DNA of 64,000 nucleotides from an uncultured Hyphomicrobiaceae bacterium (GCA_964540795.1 CAZINX010000004.1:2041-66040), one strand, 5' to 3'; numbered from the stretch's first letter, positions 1 to 12,107 are shown. A program made the numbers and translations. The notes: generated from the letters alone by a model not told the origin.

Positions 1-751
1 GCCCCAGCATCGCCTCGGCGCGGTCGAGCGCGCCGCGCCTGCGGTATGTCTCTCCCAGATTACCGGTGGCGATGGCTTCCCATTCCCTGTCCGCCAGCTT
101 GTTCCCGAGCGCCAGCACGCGCTCGAAGCTGTTGATCGCGCCGTCCAGCGCCCCGGTGCGAGCTTGCAACTGCCCCAGCATGTTCCAGCCGTCGGGATCG
201 TCCGGGTCCAGCTCCACCGCCCTGGCGTAGGCGTCCATCGCCGCGTGAGTGTCATGCAGGAAGGCGAACGCGCCCTTCTGCCGGTAGAGCGCGGCTTCGT
301 CCGCGGCGATGCGCTCGCGCGCCCGCGCCCGCTCGGCGATCAGCTCCTCGATGGCGGTTTGCGCCGCTTCGCCCGATTTGTCGCGCAGCGCGTCGGCGCG
401 CCCGGCTTTCAGCAGCGTGTCGATACCAGCGTCGAGGTCCGCGCCGAGGCCGTCGCCGGGGGATTGCGCGCCCGCCCCGGCGAGGGCGGCGTCGCTGCCC
501 AGCGCGGATTGCATTTTGGCCATCTGCGCGCGCAGCGCGGCCACCTCCTCGCTCACGTCGCTGATGTCAGCCTTGGTCGCCGCGCCGCCGCCGCGTATCA
601 GCGCGATCACGCCCCAGATGCCTAGCCCCGCGCTGAGGACCGCGCCGATCCATTCCAGCACGTTCTTGATGTGCTCGCCCGGCGTCCATCCGGTCAGCCA
701 CTCGATTCCGGCCCAAATCCAGTCCGCAAACTGTTGCAGCAAATCCAGCAT
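1..751 (-). CDS. TPR-repeat protein with N-terminal membrane anchor (N-terminal part only; gene runs off the left edge)
   Basis: My own reverse-strand translation from ATG (751-749) gives MLDLLQQFADWIWAGIEWLTGW...GLGIWGVIALI (hydrophobic), then an Ala-rich coiled linker. TPR-like repeats follow (AMDAYARAVELDPDDPDGWNMLGQLQ, AINSFERVLALGN, GNLGETYRRRGALDRAEAM). The frame is open to position 1. It is absent from the ORF track because it is open at the edge. Confidence 0.7.
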   Translation of the reverse strand, partial: MLDLLQQFADWIWAGIEWLTGWTPGEHIKNVLEWIGAVLSAGLGIWGVIALIRGGGAATKADISDVSEEVAALRAQMAKMQSALGSDAALAGAGAQSPGDGLGADLDAGIDTLLKAGRADALRDKSGEAAQTAIEELIAERARARERIAADEAALYRQKGAFAFLHDTHAAMDAYARAVELDPDDPDGWNMLGQLQARTGALDGAINSFERVLALGNKLADREWEAIATGNLGETYRRRGALDRAEAMLG

Positions 752-821
752 CCGCTCGCCCTCCCGCGCGCCGCGTTTCCCGCAATTTTATTAAACTGAA
801 TTGACAGCGGCGTGAAGGCGC

Positions 822-1489
822 GGAGCTGTCATCCCGTGCGCGGCGCGGGGGAGTTTTTGCTTTTCGGGCGACATCCGTCGCCCGGGACGGCCTAAGGCCG
901 GCGCGCGGTGGTCGCTTCGCGCCCGTCTTCGACTCCGCGCTTGCCGCCCTGCGGGCGGATTGGAGGTATCCTTGCTGGCGTCCGGCGGAGCTGTCATCCC
1001 GTGCGCGGCGCGGGGCGCAGTCACGCGGCGCAGACACGGGATCCAGAGGCGCGCGATCCCGGATCAGCGCAGCACCGCTTCGCGCTGCAGCGCGTCCGGG
1101 ATGACGCACGGCTTGCTGCGCGGCGGCCGGTGGTCGCTTCGCGCCCGTCTCTGACTCCGGCCTTACAGCGCGCCAGGGCGCGCTGGGGCGGTATCCTTGC
1201 GGGCGTCCGGCGGGGTGTCATCCCGTGCGCGGCGCGGGGCGCAGTCACGCGGCGCAGACACGGGATCGGGAGGGCATGAATCAAGAGCGATCCCGGATCA
1301 GCGCAGCACCGCTTCGCGCTGCAGCGCGTCCGGGATGACTAAGGGTCAGCAGCGCATCACTTCGTGCTGCACTGCGCCCGGGATGACGAACAAGGGCAGC
1401 GCACCGCTTTGCCCTCCGTGCGGATTGGCGGCATCCTTGCGGGCGTCCGCAAGGAACCGCACCCGTCTCCGACTCCGCGCTTGCCGCCC
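822..1489. repeat. Cluster of REP/RIME-like intergenic mosaic repeats (four hand-aligned families A-D)
   Basis: Family A (GTCATCCCGTG...CACGGGAT, 50 bp) is at 993-1042 and 1217-1266, with a 5' fragment at 822-850. Family B (GATCCCGGATCAGCGCAGCACCGCTTCGCGCTGCAGCGCGTCCGGGATGAC, 51 bp, same termini as A but inverted) is at 1055-1105 and 1289-1339, with a variant at 1345-1387. Family C is at 907-949, 1129-1159 and 1462-1489. Family D is at 955-988, 1187-1213 and 1420-1449. A and B each have 8-bp terminal inverted repeats. Confidence 0.85.
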
Positions 1490-1549
1490 GCCGCTCCGGT
1501 GATAGGCTCATGCCACGGCATGGCGCAGCGCAGCAATCGGAGGTGACGC

Positions 1550-2326
1550 ATGAGCGAGACGGACGACCTGCTCTACGAGGTGCGCGACGGCGTCGGCTGG
1601 ATCACCTTTAACCGGCCCGAAGCGCGCAACGCCTTCACCTTCGCGATGTATGAGCGGCTGCGCGAAATCTGCGAGTCGGCGGAGGCCGGCGGCGCGGCGC
1701 GCGTGCTCATCATGCGCGGGGCGGGCGGCAAGGCGTTCGGCGCGGGCACGGATATGAGCCAGTTCCGCGGCTTCTCGAAGCCGGAGGACGCCTGGGCCTA
1801 TGAGCAGCGCATGGAAGCCGTTTTCACCGCAATCGAAAGCTGTCCGGTGCCGACCATCGCCGCGATCAACGGCGCGTGCACCGGCGGCGGCGCGGCCATC
1901 GCGGCGGCGTGCGACCTGCGCATCGCGGACCCGGCGCTGAAATACGGTTTTCCGGTCGCGCGCACGCTGGGGAATTGTCTGTCGGTGTCGAACCTCGCGC
2001 GGCTTAGCGCGCTGATGGGCGCGGCGCGGGTGCGCGAAATCCTGATGACCGCCCGGCTCATCGAGGCGGAGGAAGCGAAGGCCATCGGGCTGGTGAGCGA
2101 GATCGCGGAAGATGTCGATGCGCGCGCCGGCGAACTGGCCGCCACGCTCGCCAGCCACGCGCCGCTGACCCTCCGCGCGACGAAAGAGGGCCTGCGCCGC
2201 CTGCGCGCGGCGGCCGCGCATGTCGATGATCGCGACCTGATCGCCATGTGCTACATGAGCGCCGATTTCCGCGAGGGGCTGGAGGCGTTCTTGTCCAAGC
2301 GCAAGCCGGAGTGGTCCGGCAACTAA
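1550..2326 (+). CDS. enoyl-CoA hydratase/isomerase (crotonase) family protein
   Basis: 258 aa. Crotonase motifs ITFNRPEARNAF, RGAGGKAFGAGTDM and AAINGACTGGGAAIAAACDLRIA are present. GGAGG precedes the ATG. Confidence 0.9.
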   Translation: MSETDDLLYEVRDGVGWITFNRPEARNAFTFAMYERLREICESAEAGGAARVLIMRGAGGKAFGAGTDMSQFRGFSKPEDAWAYEQRMEAVFTAIESCPVPTIAAINGACTGGGAAIAAACDLRIADPALKYGFPVARTLGNCLSVSNLARLSALMGAARVREILMTARLIEAEEAKAIGLVSEIAEDVDARAGELAATLASHAPLTLRATKEGLRRLRAAAAHVDDRDLIAMCYMSADFREGLEAFLSKRKPEWSGN

Positions 2327-2458
2327 GCAACGGTCGCGCCGTCCCACGGTTTGCCGGTTGGCAGAAAATCTGAATTGCATTAGTCTCACGGACTAACTTG
2401 ATCGGCGTCAAACAGACGGGCCGCAACAGGTCCGCAGCCGTGAGAAAGGGAGGAAACC

Positions 2459-2938
<480 letters not shown>

Positions 2939-2979
2939 CGACGGCTCAGGCGAAATCAGGCGGAACGGAGGTCAGCACA

Positions 2980-5352
<2,373 letters not shown>

Positions 5353-5368
5353 GGCGAGGGAGGCTACC

Positions 5369-6178
5369 ATGCACGCATTCGACTATCATCGCCCGAATTC
5401 GGTCGCTGAGGCCGCGCAAATCCTGTCCCAGAAGCCGGAAGCGAGCCTGCTGGCGGGCGGCCAGACGCTGATCCCGACGCTGAAGCAGCGGCTTGCAGCG
5501 CCGTCCGAGGTCATTGATCTGCGCGAGATCACCGAACTGCGCAGGGTCGAGAAGTCCGGCTCCAACATTGTCGTCGGCGCGATGGCGACGCACGCGCAGG
5601 TGGCGAGCAACGCCGAGGTGCAGCGCTCGATCCCTGCGCTGGCGCAACTGGCTGGCGGCATCGGCGATCCGCAGGTCCGCCACGCCGGAACAATCGCCGG
5701 GTCCATCGCCAACAACGATCCGGCGGCAGACTATCCGGCCGCGGTCCTCGGCCTCGGCGCGACAGTGGTGACGAACAAGCGGAAGATTGACGCCGACGCG
5801 TTCTTCACCGGCCTGTTCTCGACCGCGCTGGAGCCGGGCGAGATCATCACCGAGGTCAGCTTCCCGATCCCCAGCAAGGCGGGCTACGCCAAGTTCGAGC
5901 AGCGCGCCTCGCGATATGCGCTGGTCGGCGTGTTCGTTGCGCAGTTCTCCGGCATGTTCTCGACATCCGTGCGCGCAGCGGTCACGGGCGCGGGCGCGGA
6001 TGGCGTGTTCCGCTCAACAGAACTGGAGGCTGCGCTGAAGAGCAGTTGGTCGGCCGACGCCGTGCGCGACATCAAACTGCCGGACAGCGGCTTGCTCAGC
6101 GACCTCCACGCCAGCGCACAGTATCGCGCCGCGCTGATCCCGGTGATGGCGGAACGCGCCGTGGCGAACACGGGATAA
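5369..6178 (+). CDS. coxM: FAD-binding medium subunit (CoxM-type)
   Basis: The start is at ATG 5369 after GAGGGAGG (MHAFDYHRPNS...). Motifs LLAGGQTLIP and AGTIAGSIANNDPAAD are present. Confidence 0.9.
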   Translation: MHAFDYHRPNSVAEAAQILSQKPEASLLAGGQTLIPTLKQRLAAPSEVIDLREITELRRVEKSGSNIVVGAMATHAQVASNAEVQRSIPALAQLAGGIGDPQVRHAGTIAGSIANNDPAADYPAAVLGLGATVVTNKRKIDADAFFTGLFSTALEPGEIITEVSFPIPSKAGYAKFEQRASRYALVGVFVAQFSGMFSTSVRAAVTGAGADGVFRSTELEAALKSSWSADAVRDIKLPDSGLLSDLHASAQYRAALIPVMAERAVANTG

Positions 6179-6193
6179 GGAGACGGGCAGAGA

Positions 6194-7138
6194 TTGGATA
6201 GCGCCGCGCCCACAGGCCCTGACAGCGTGGCAGCCGTGAAGACGCTGCTGCGCGATCACGGCTACATCGCCGACGAGGCCCTGGCGACCGCCACTTTCCT
6301 CGCCCTGACGCTTGAGCGGCCGCTGCTGCTGGAGGGCGAGGCCGGCGTCGGCAAGACCGAACTCGCCAAGGTGCTGGCAGAGGCGCTCGGCCGCCCGCTT
6401 GTGCGCCTGCAATGTTACGAGGGCCTCGATCTCGCCTCGGCCGTCTATGACTGGAACTATTCACGTCAGCTTTTGCATATCCGCGCGGCCGAGGCGGCCG
6501 GCGAGGCGGCGAGCGCCGAGACGGTCGAGCGGGACATCTACGCGCCAGACTATCTGCTGAAACGTCCACTTTTGCAGGCGCTGGAGCTTTCCGCTGAGGG
6601 CGAAGCGCCGGTGCTCCTCATCGACGAGCTGGACCGCGCCGACGAGCCGTTCGAGGCGTTTCTGCTGGAGTTGCTCTCGGATTATCAGGTCACCATCCCC
6701 GAACTCGGCACGATCAAGGCGGACAAGCCGCCGCTGACGATCCTGACCTCGAACCGCACGCGCGAGGTTCACGACGCGCTGCGCCGGCGCTGCTTCTATC
6801 ACTGGGTCGAGTATCCGAGCGTCGAGCGCGAACTGGCGATCCTGCGCCTGAAGGTGCCTGAAGCCGGCGAGGAGTTGACCCGTCAGGTGATCGCCTTTAT
6901 CCATGAAATCCGGTCGATGGACCTCTACAAGAACCCCGGCATCGCCGAGACGATCAACTGGGCGCAGGCGCTCACCGCGCTCAACCATGTCGCGCTGGAC
7001 CCCGATGCCGTAGACACCACGCTCGGCACGCTGCTGAAATATCAGGACGATATAGGCCGCATCGAAGGCAGCGAAGCCGCGCGCGTGCTGGAGAAGATCA
7101 AGGCCGACGCGCGTTCTGGCGGGGGGCAGGCGACATGA
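6194..7138 (+). CDS. coxD: MoxR-type AAA+ ATPase (CoxD-like maturation factor)
   Basis: 314 aa. Walker A is GEAGVGKT and Walker B is VLLIDELD. The start codon is TTG. The gene sits directly after coxM. Confidence 0.85.
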   Translation: MDSAAPTGPDSVAAVKTLLRDHGYIADEALATATFLALTLERPLLLEGEAGVGKTELAKVLAEALGRPLVRLQCYEGLDLASAVYDWNYSRQLLHIRAAEAAGEAASAETVERDIYAPDYLLKRPLLQALELSAEGEAPVLLIDELDRADEPFEAFLLELLSDYQVTIPELGTIKADKPPLTILTSNRTREVHDALRRRCFYHWVEYPSVERELAILRLKVPEAGEELTRQVIAFIHEIRSMDLYKNPGIAETINWAQALTALNHVALDPDAVDTTLGTLLKYQDDIGRIEGSEAARVLEKIKADARSGGGQAT

Positions 7139-8364
7139 CCTCCGGCAGCGCGGCGGAGATTCAGGCGAATATTGTCGCGGCGGAAGTCGATGGCGGGCGC
7201 ATCGCCGACAACATCGCGATGTTCGCGCGGCTGCTGCGCGCCGCCGGTCTGCCCGCCGGGCCGGACAAGACCACGCTGGCGACGCAGGCCGTGCTGGCCG
7301 TCGGCATCGACGACCCCAAACGCTTCTACTGGACGCTGCATTCGGTTTTCGTCGCGCGCCGCGCTGAGCACGACCTGTTCAACCAGGCCTTCGTCATGTT
7401 CTGGCGCGACCCCGGCTTCCTCGACCAGCTCATGTCGCTGATGCTGCCGACCGCGCGCTCCAACCAGGCGCAGGACGACAAGGCGCTCTCGCGGCGCATG
7501 GCCGAGGCGCTGTTCGCCAGCCGGGGGAGCGAGGCGCCGCGCGCCGAGGAGCAGATCGACGTTCATGCGACCGGCTCCTGGAGCGGGCAAGCGCGTTTCC
7601 AGCAAAAGGATTTCGAGCAGATGAGCGCGGCGGAACTGCGCGAGGCGCGCCGCCGGATCGCGGCGATGACGCTGCCGTTCGAGCGTCTGCGCAGCCGCAG
7701 GTTTGCACAGGTATCGACGCGCGGCCGGCTCGACATGCGCCGGATGCTGCGTGATATGTCCGCGCGCGGACCGGATTATCTGCGCCCCGCCTTCCGCCGC
7801 CGCCGCTGGGTGCGCCCGCCGATCATCGTGCTGTGCGACATCTCCGGCTCGATGGACACCTATGCGCGCATCTTCCTGCATTTCATCTATGCGCTGACCA
7901 ACGACCGCGACCGCGTCCACGCCTTCCTGTTCGGCACGGAGCTGACGCCGATTTCCCGGCTGCTCAAGGACCGTGACCCGGATGCCGCCCTGGCGCGTGT
8001 TTCCGGCCGGGTGCGCGACTGGTCGGGCGGCACGCGCATTGGCGACTGTCTCCGCGACTTCAACCGGCACTGGGCGCGGCGCATCTCGGCGCAAAACGCG
8101 ACCGTGCTGCTGTTCACCGACGGGCTGGATCGTGCGGGCGGCGAGGGCGTGGAGCGCGCGGCGCGCAAGCTGGCGGCGAACAGCCGGCGGCTGATCTGGC
8201 TCAACCCGCTACTGCGCAGCGAGGATTACGCGCCGCTTGCCGAAGGGGCGAAGGCGCTGGCCCCGCATGTCCACGAGGTCCGTCAGTGCCACAACCTGAG
8301 CAGTCTCACCGCGCTGGCGGCGGCGCTTTCCGCGGACACAGCGGCTGGAAGGAGGACGGTATGA
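7135..8364 (+). CDS. coxE: VWA domain protein (CoxE-like)
   Basis: 409 aa. The start overlaps the coxD stop in an ATGA. The MIDAS-type motif VLCDISGSMD is present. Confidence 0.85.
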   Translation: MTSGSAAEIQANIVAAEVDGGRIADNIAMFARLLRAAGLPAGPDKTTLATQAVLAVGIDDPKRFYWTLHSVFVARRAEHDLFNQAFVMFWRDPGFLDQLMSLMLPTARSNQAQDDKALSRRMAEALFASRGSEAPRAEEQIDVHATGSWSGQARFQQKDFEQMSAAELREARRRIAAMTLPFERLRSRRFAQVSTRGRLDMRRMLRDMSARGPDYLRPAFRRRRWVRPPIIVLCDISGSMDTYARIFLHFIYALTNDRDRVHAFLFGTELTPISRLLKDRDPDAALARVSGRVRDWSGGTRIGDCLRDFNRHWARRISAQNATVLLFTDGLDRAGGEGVERAARKLAANSRRLIWLNPLLRSEDYAPLAEGAKALAPHVHEVRQCHNLSSLTALAAALSADTAAGRRTV

Positions 8365-8690
8365 GTACGGTGAAAGGATCGGTTCTGGAGACTGCGCGCA
8401 ACTGGACGGAAGAAGGGCGGCGCGTGGCCGTCGCCACGGTGGTCGACACCTGGGGCTCCGCGCCCCAGCCGACCGGCAGCCAGCTCGTCATCGACGCGGA
8501 TGGCAATTTCGAGGGCTCCGTGTCTGGCGGCTGCGTGGAGGGCGATGTGATCGTAGCGGCGGAAGACGCCATCAACAGCGGCAAGCCGGAGATGCTGGAA
8601 TTCGGCGTGGACAACGAAACTGCCTGGCGCGCGGGCCTGGCCTGCGGCGGGCGCATCCGCATCTACGTGGAGCCAATTACGCGGGACTGA
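8361..8690 (+). CDS. XdhC/CoxI family protein, N-terminal-domain-only gene
   Basis: ATG 8361 overlaps the coxE stop in an ATGA. The sequence is MSTVKGSVLETARNW...WGSAPQPTGSQLVIDADGNFEGSVSGGCVE. Confidence 0.8.
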   Translation: MSTVKGSVLETARNWTEEGRRVAVATVVDTWGSAPQPTGSQLVIDADGNFEGSVSGGCVEGDVIVAAEDAINSGKPEMLEFGVDNETAWRAGLACGGRIRIYVEPITRD

Positions 8691-8694
8691 CGCC

Positions 8695-9396
8695 ATGCAG
8701 GTCGACCATCTGCGCACCCTTTCCGAGGATATGGCCGCGCGCCGGCCGGCCGCCCTGTTGACGTGGCTGGAGACCGGCGAACAGCGGATCATCCGCCGCG
8801 ACGAGATCGGCGCTGACACGCCCGCCGCGCTGGCCGAGGCGCTGGGAGAAGGCTTCCGCACCGACAAGAGCCGGACGGTCGAGATCGACGGACGCGAGGT
8901 CTTCATCAACGTCTACAATCCGCCGCTGCGCCTCATCATCATTGGCGCGGTGCACATCGCGCAGGCTCTCGCGCCGATGGCCGAGCAGGCGGGCTATGAC
9001 GTGGTCATCGTCGATCCGCGCACGGCCTTCGCCACGGTGCAGCGGTTTGAACGCGAGCGGCTCGACACGCGCTGGCCGGATGTTGCGCTGCCGGAGATCG
9101 GGCTGGACACGCGCACCGCGCTTGTCGCGCTCACGCATGACCCGAAGCTGGACGATCCTGCGCTGCATCTGGCGGTCGCATCCCCGGCGTTCTACATCGG
9201 CGCGCTAGGGAGCCGGCGCACGCACGCCAAGCGCGTTGAGCGGCTGCGCGAAGCCGGCATGAGCGAAGAGGGCATCGCGCGGATCAGCGCGCCGGTCGGG
9301 CTGTCGATCGGCGCGGTCGGGCCCGTGGAGATAGCCGTGTCGATCCTCGCGGAGATGACCGCCACGCTGCGGGGCAAGAAGCCCGAGCTCGGCTGA
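8695..9396 (+). CDS. XdhC family protein, Rossmann-like C-terminal-domain gene (CoxF-like)
   Basis: 233 aa. Motifs LIIIGAVHIAQALAPMA and GALGSRRTHAKRVERL are present. It starts 4 nt after the previous stop. Confidence 0.8.
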   Translation: MQVDHLRTLSEDMAARRPAALLTWLETGEQRIIRRDEIGADTPAALAEALGEGFRTDKSRTVEIDGREVFINVYNPPLRLIIIGAVHIAQALAPMAEQAGYDVVIVDPRTAFATVQRFERERLDTRWPDVALPEIGLDTRTALVALTHDPKLDDPALHLAVASPAFYIGALGSRRTHAKRVERLREAGMSEEGIARISAPVGLSIGAVGPVEIAVSILAEMTATLRGKKPELG

Positions 9397-9477
9397 TAAG
9401 CGCCATTTTTCCAGCCAAATCTCTTTCGACCCATCTCAGTGTACTCCGTGGGCAGAGCGGCGGGGGCGTGAAGGCGC

Positions 9478-10311
9478 ATGGCGCTCGGCTATTTCGCATT
9501 CGTGCTGGCCTGGACCTGGGGCTTCTGGAGCGTGCCCGTCGTAGTCGGCGGCAACCCTTGGGCGACGCCGAACGTCGCCTTCATCTATGTCGGCGGGGCG
9601 GGGCCGTTGCTGGGCGGCCTGATATTCACTTGTGCGCGTGGCGGACGGTCGGGCCTGCGGGAGCTTGGCGTGCGGCTGGTCGACCTGCGGCGGATCGGGC
9701 CAGTCTGGTGGCTGGCAGTGATTGGTCTCATTCCGCTGATCGAGGCGGCGGCCGCGGTCATCGCCGCGCAGGTGGCTGCTGCGCCGGCAGATGTTTTCAC
9801 GCCATTGACCGAAAATCTCGCCAATCCCGCCGCGTTCCTGGCGCTGGCCGGTTTCACGCTGATGCTCGGCCCGCTGCCCGAGGAGATCGGCTGGCGCGGT
9901 TTCGCCCTTTATGCGCTGCAGGCACGGTTCGCGCCGATCCTTGCCTCGCTGATTCTGGCCGCGGGCTGGGCAGCGTGGCACGCGCCGCTGTTCGTCATGG
10001 ACGGGTATTATGCACCTTTCGGGGGTTCGCCCGCGCCCTGGCAGTTCGCCTATGATATCCTGCTGACCACGCTGCTCATCACCTGGATCTACAACCACAC
10101 GGGCCGCAGCGTGCTCGCGGCTGTGCTGTTTCATTTCATGGGTAATTTCTCGGGAGAGATCGTGGCGTCTTCCGAGACAGGCGATCTCATCGCGACGGCC
10201 CTGACCACGCTTGTCACCGTCGCGGTGATCGCTGCGGGCGGGCTGCGCCGCGCGACCCCAAGGCGGGCGTGGCGACCCCGGCAGGATTCGAACCTGCGAC
10301 CCTCAGATTAG
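9478..10311 (+). CDS. CPBP (CAAX/Abi) family intramembrane metalloprotease
   Basis: 277 aa and polytopic. CPBP motifs EEIGWRGF, WAAWHAPLF and FHFMGNF are present. The last ~14 codons run antisense through tRNA-Arg, so the true stop or C-terminus is uncertain. Confidence 0.75.
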   Translation: MALGYFAFVLAWTWGFWSVPVVVGGNPWATPNVAFIYVGGAGPLLGGLIFTCARGGRSGLRELGVRLVDLRRIGPVWWLAVIGLIPLIEAAAAVIAAQVAAAPADVFTPLTENLANPAAFLALAGFTLMLGPLPEEIGWRGFALYALQARFAPILASLILAAGWAAWHAPLFVMDGYYAPFGGSPAPWQFAYDILLTTLLITWIYNHTGRSVLAAVLFHFMGNFSGEIVASSETGDLIATALTTLVTVAVIAAGGLRRATPRRAWRPRQDSNLRPSD

Positions 10312-10346
10312 GAATCTGATGCTCTATCCTGCTGAGCTACGGGGCC
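10270..10346 (-). tRNA. tRNA-Arg (anticodon CCU)
   Basis: The reverse complement is GGCCCCGTAGCTCAGCAGGATAGAGCATCAGATTCCTAATCTGAGGGTCGCAGGTTCGAATCCTGCCGGGGTCGCCA. It folds by hand into a 77-nt cloverleaf with anticodon loop TTCCTAA and an encoded CCA. Confidence 0.9.
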
Positions 10347-10395
10347 GTGCCCGAGATGTAGCACAATTCGCGCGCCAAAACAGCCTTGCCAAGGC

Positions 10396-10424
10396 TTGCA
10401 TCCGCAGCGCGCCTGTTACATAAT
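10396..10424 (+). promoter_or_regulatory. sigma70-like promoter candidate for the thermonuclease gene
   Basis: The pattern is TTGCAT (10396-10401), a 17-nt spacer, then CATAAT (10419-10424), about 30 nt upstream of ATG 10454. This is pattern only. Confidence 0.35.
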
Positions 10425-10453
10425 GCGTAAATAAATGACGGGGAGTTTTGCGT

Positions 10454-11293
10454 ATGAGGGCATTATCGAGGGGCGGGGGCCGAACGCTCGCGCTAATCAT
10501 TGCGGCAGTCATGCTGCTTGGCGCCGACATGGCCCGGGCCGCCTGCGATCTCAAGGACGCTGGCAAGGCGACGATCGTCGAGGTTCTCAACACGGAATCG
10601 CTGCTGCTGGAGGACGGCCGGGCGATCCGCCTTGTCGGCACGTTGAGCCCGCGCACCGAGACGCGCTGGGCGCAGGCGATGGGCCTTGAGGACAAGATTA
10701 TGGCCTCGCTGGAGGAGCGGCTGCTCGGCAAGGAAGTTCGGCTGCGCTTCGGCGCGCGCGAGCGGGACCGCTACGGGCGGCTGCTGACGCATGTGTTCGT
10801 CGGCGAAGGCGATGAACCGATCTGGGTGCAGGAGGCGCTGATCCGCGACGGGCTGGCGATGGTTTATTCGTTCGCTGATAATCGCGATTGCGTGCGCGAA
10901 CTGCAGCGCTCAGAGCGCGCCGCGCGCGAGGCGGAGGCGGGTTTGTGGGAGCAGGGCGTGTTCCGCGTGCGGGATGCGGCCGATCTCGACAGCCTGGACG
11001 GCCTTCTCTACAGCTTCCAGATCGTCGAGGGGCGCGTCGAGGATGTCGCCGAGAGCCGCGGGCGAATTTACCTGAATTTCGGCGATGACTGGCGCACCGA
11101 CTTTACCGCGACGGTCGCCCCGTCAGACCGCGACAGCTTCAGCGGCTCCGGCATCCAGCTTCCCGATCTGGAGGGGCGCGCCGTCCGCGTGCGCGGCTGG
11201 CTGGAGCGGCGAAACGGTCCCATGATCGACGTGACGCATCCCGAGCAGATCGAACTGGTGGGCGCTGGGGACAGCGCCGCGCTGGCCGACTGA
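10454..11293 (+). CDS. secreted thermonuclease (staphylococcal-nuclease-like, SNase) family protein
   Basis: The start is ATG 10454 after GGGGAG. The signal peptide is MRALSRGGGRTLALIIAAVMLLGADMARA. SNase-like blocks are present (LLLEDGRAIRLVG, RYGRLLTHVFV, QEALIRDGLAMVY, AREAEAGLWE). Confidence 0.8.
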   Translation: MRALSRGGGRTLALIIAAVMLLGADMARAACDLKDAGKATIVEVLNTESLLLEDGRAIRLVGTLSPRTETRWAQAMGLEDKIMASLEERLLGKEVRLRFGARERDRYGRLLTHVFVGEGDEPIWVQEALIRDGLAMVYSFADNRDCVRELQRSERAAREAEAGLWEQGVFRVRDAADLDSLDGLLYSFQIVEGRVEDVAESRGRIYLNFGDDWRTDFTATVAPSDRDSFSGSGIQLPDLEGRAVRVRGWLERRNGPMIDVTHPEQIELVGAGDSAALAD

Positions 11294-11303
11294 CGCCTCG
11301 TTC

Positions 11304-12023
11304 TCAGGAAGTGGCGCTGGTCTGCTCTTCCTTCATACGGGAGCGCGTTGCATCCACCAGCGCCTGAAACAGATGCCGCTGGTGGCTGTGATAGACGAGC
11401 AATTCGGGGTGCCACTGAACCCCGATCAGGAATGGGCGTTCGCGGTCCTCGACTCCCTGAATGATATGCTCCTCGTCATGCGCGGCGGCGACCAGGTTGC
11501 TCGCCAGCCGGTCGACCGCCTGGTGATGGATCGCATTCACGAAGACCCGGGGATGCTTGATGAGCCGCGCCAGCTTCGTGCCGGGCACCAACTCGATGCG
11601 CAGGCGCGGCATCACCGTGCGGCGGTTGGTGCGCCACAGCTTCTCGTCGAGGTCGTGGTGCAGCGTCCCGCCGAAGAAGACGTTGAGCATCTGCGCGCCC
11701 CGGCAGACGCCCATGATTGGCAGCCCGCGCGGCACCGCGCGCTCCAGCGCGGCAAGCTCGAAGCGGTCGCGCTCCTCGTCGATGCGGACGTCCAGCGTGA
11801 AATCGCCCTCGTAGAACCGCGCGGAGATGTCGTCGCCTCCGCCTATCAGCAGCCCGTCAAGATCATCCACGACCTCCGGCGGACAGTTTGCGCCGATCCG
11901 CTTCGGCCGCGCGCCCGCAAGCCTCAGCGCGAGCGCATTCCAGGCATAGCTGCACCGCCCGCGATGCCGCGAGGTTGACACGCCGATCAGGGGCCGTCTG
12001 GCGTTCTCCTCCGTTCCTCCCAC
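11304..12023 (-). CDS. class-I glutamine amidotransferase / peptidase C26 (gamma-glutamyl-GABA hydrolase-like)
   Basis: The catalytic motifs PIMGVCRGAQMLN and IGVQWHPE are present. I prefer the GTG start at 12023 (AGGAG 5 nt upstream). An alternative ATG lies at 12122. The rest of the 599-aa track ORF is antisense to the channel gene. Confidence 0.8.
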   Translation of the reverse strand: MGGTEENARRPLIGVSTSRHRGRCSYAWNALALRLAGARPKRIGANCPPEVVDDLDGLLIGGGDDISARFYEGDFTLDVRIDEERDRFELAALERAVPRGLPIMGVCRGAQMLNVFFGGTLHHDLDEKLWRTNRRTVMPRLRIELVPGTKLARLIKHPRVFVNAIHHQAVDRLASNLVAAAHDEEHIIQGVEDRERPFLIGVQWHPELLVYHSHQRHLFQALVDATRSRMKEEQTSATS

Positions 12024-12107
12024 CGATTCTCCTATTTCCTGCGGGCTTGGCGATGCCCATGACAGGGCCTGCGATCTTGCCAAAATGCACCGCGAAGGCG
12101 ATATCAC

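Noticed and set aside
822-1489. The repeat cluster might have been a CRISPR array.
   Set aside because: It contains at least four different unit types, some in inverted orientation, with irregular spacing and no unique spacers of constant length. There are no cas genes in the window. The units are hairpin REP-like elements.
2358-2380. TTGGCAG...TTGCAT upstream of coxS looked like a sigma-54 (-24/-12) promoter.
   Set aside because: The GG and GC dinucleotides are 17 nt apart, whereas the canonical offset is 12. The spacing is therefore incompatible.
6194-8364. The MoxR AAA+ / VWA pair might have been a stand-alone defence or stress module.
   Set aside because: It is translationally coupled into the coxSLM-...-xdhC operon (16-nt gap and ATGA overlaps). 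This matches the CoxD/CoxE maturation factors of molybdo-hydroxylases.
8361-9396. XdhC split into two ORFs might have indicated a frameshifted pseudogene.
   Set aside because: Each part corresponds to a complete domain with its own start (an ATGA overlap, and an ATG 4 nt after the previous stop). As far as I recall, separate N- and C-domain XdhC genes are a common arrangement. No disrupted motif is visible at the junction.
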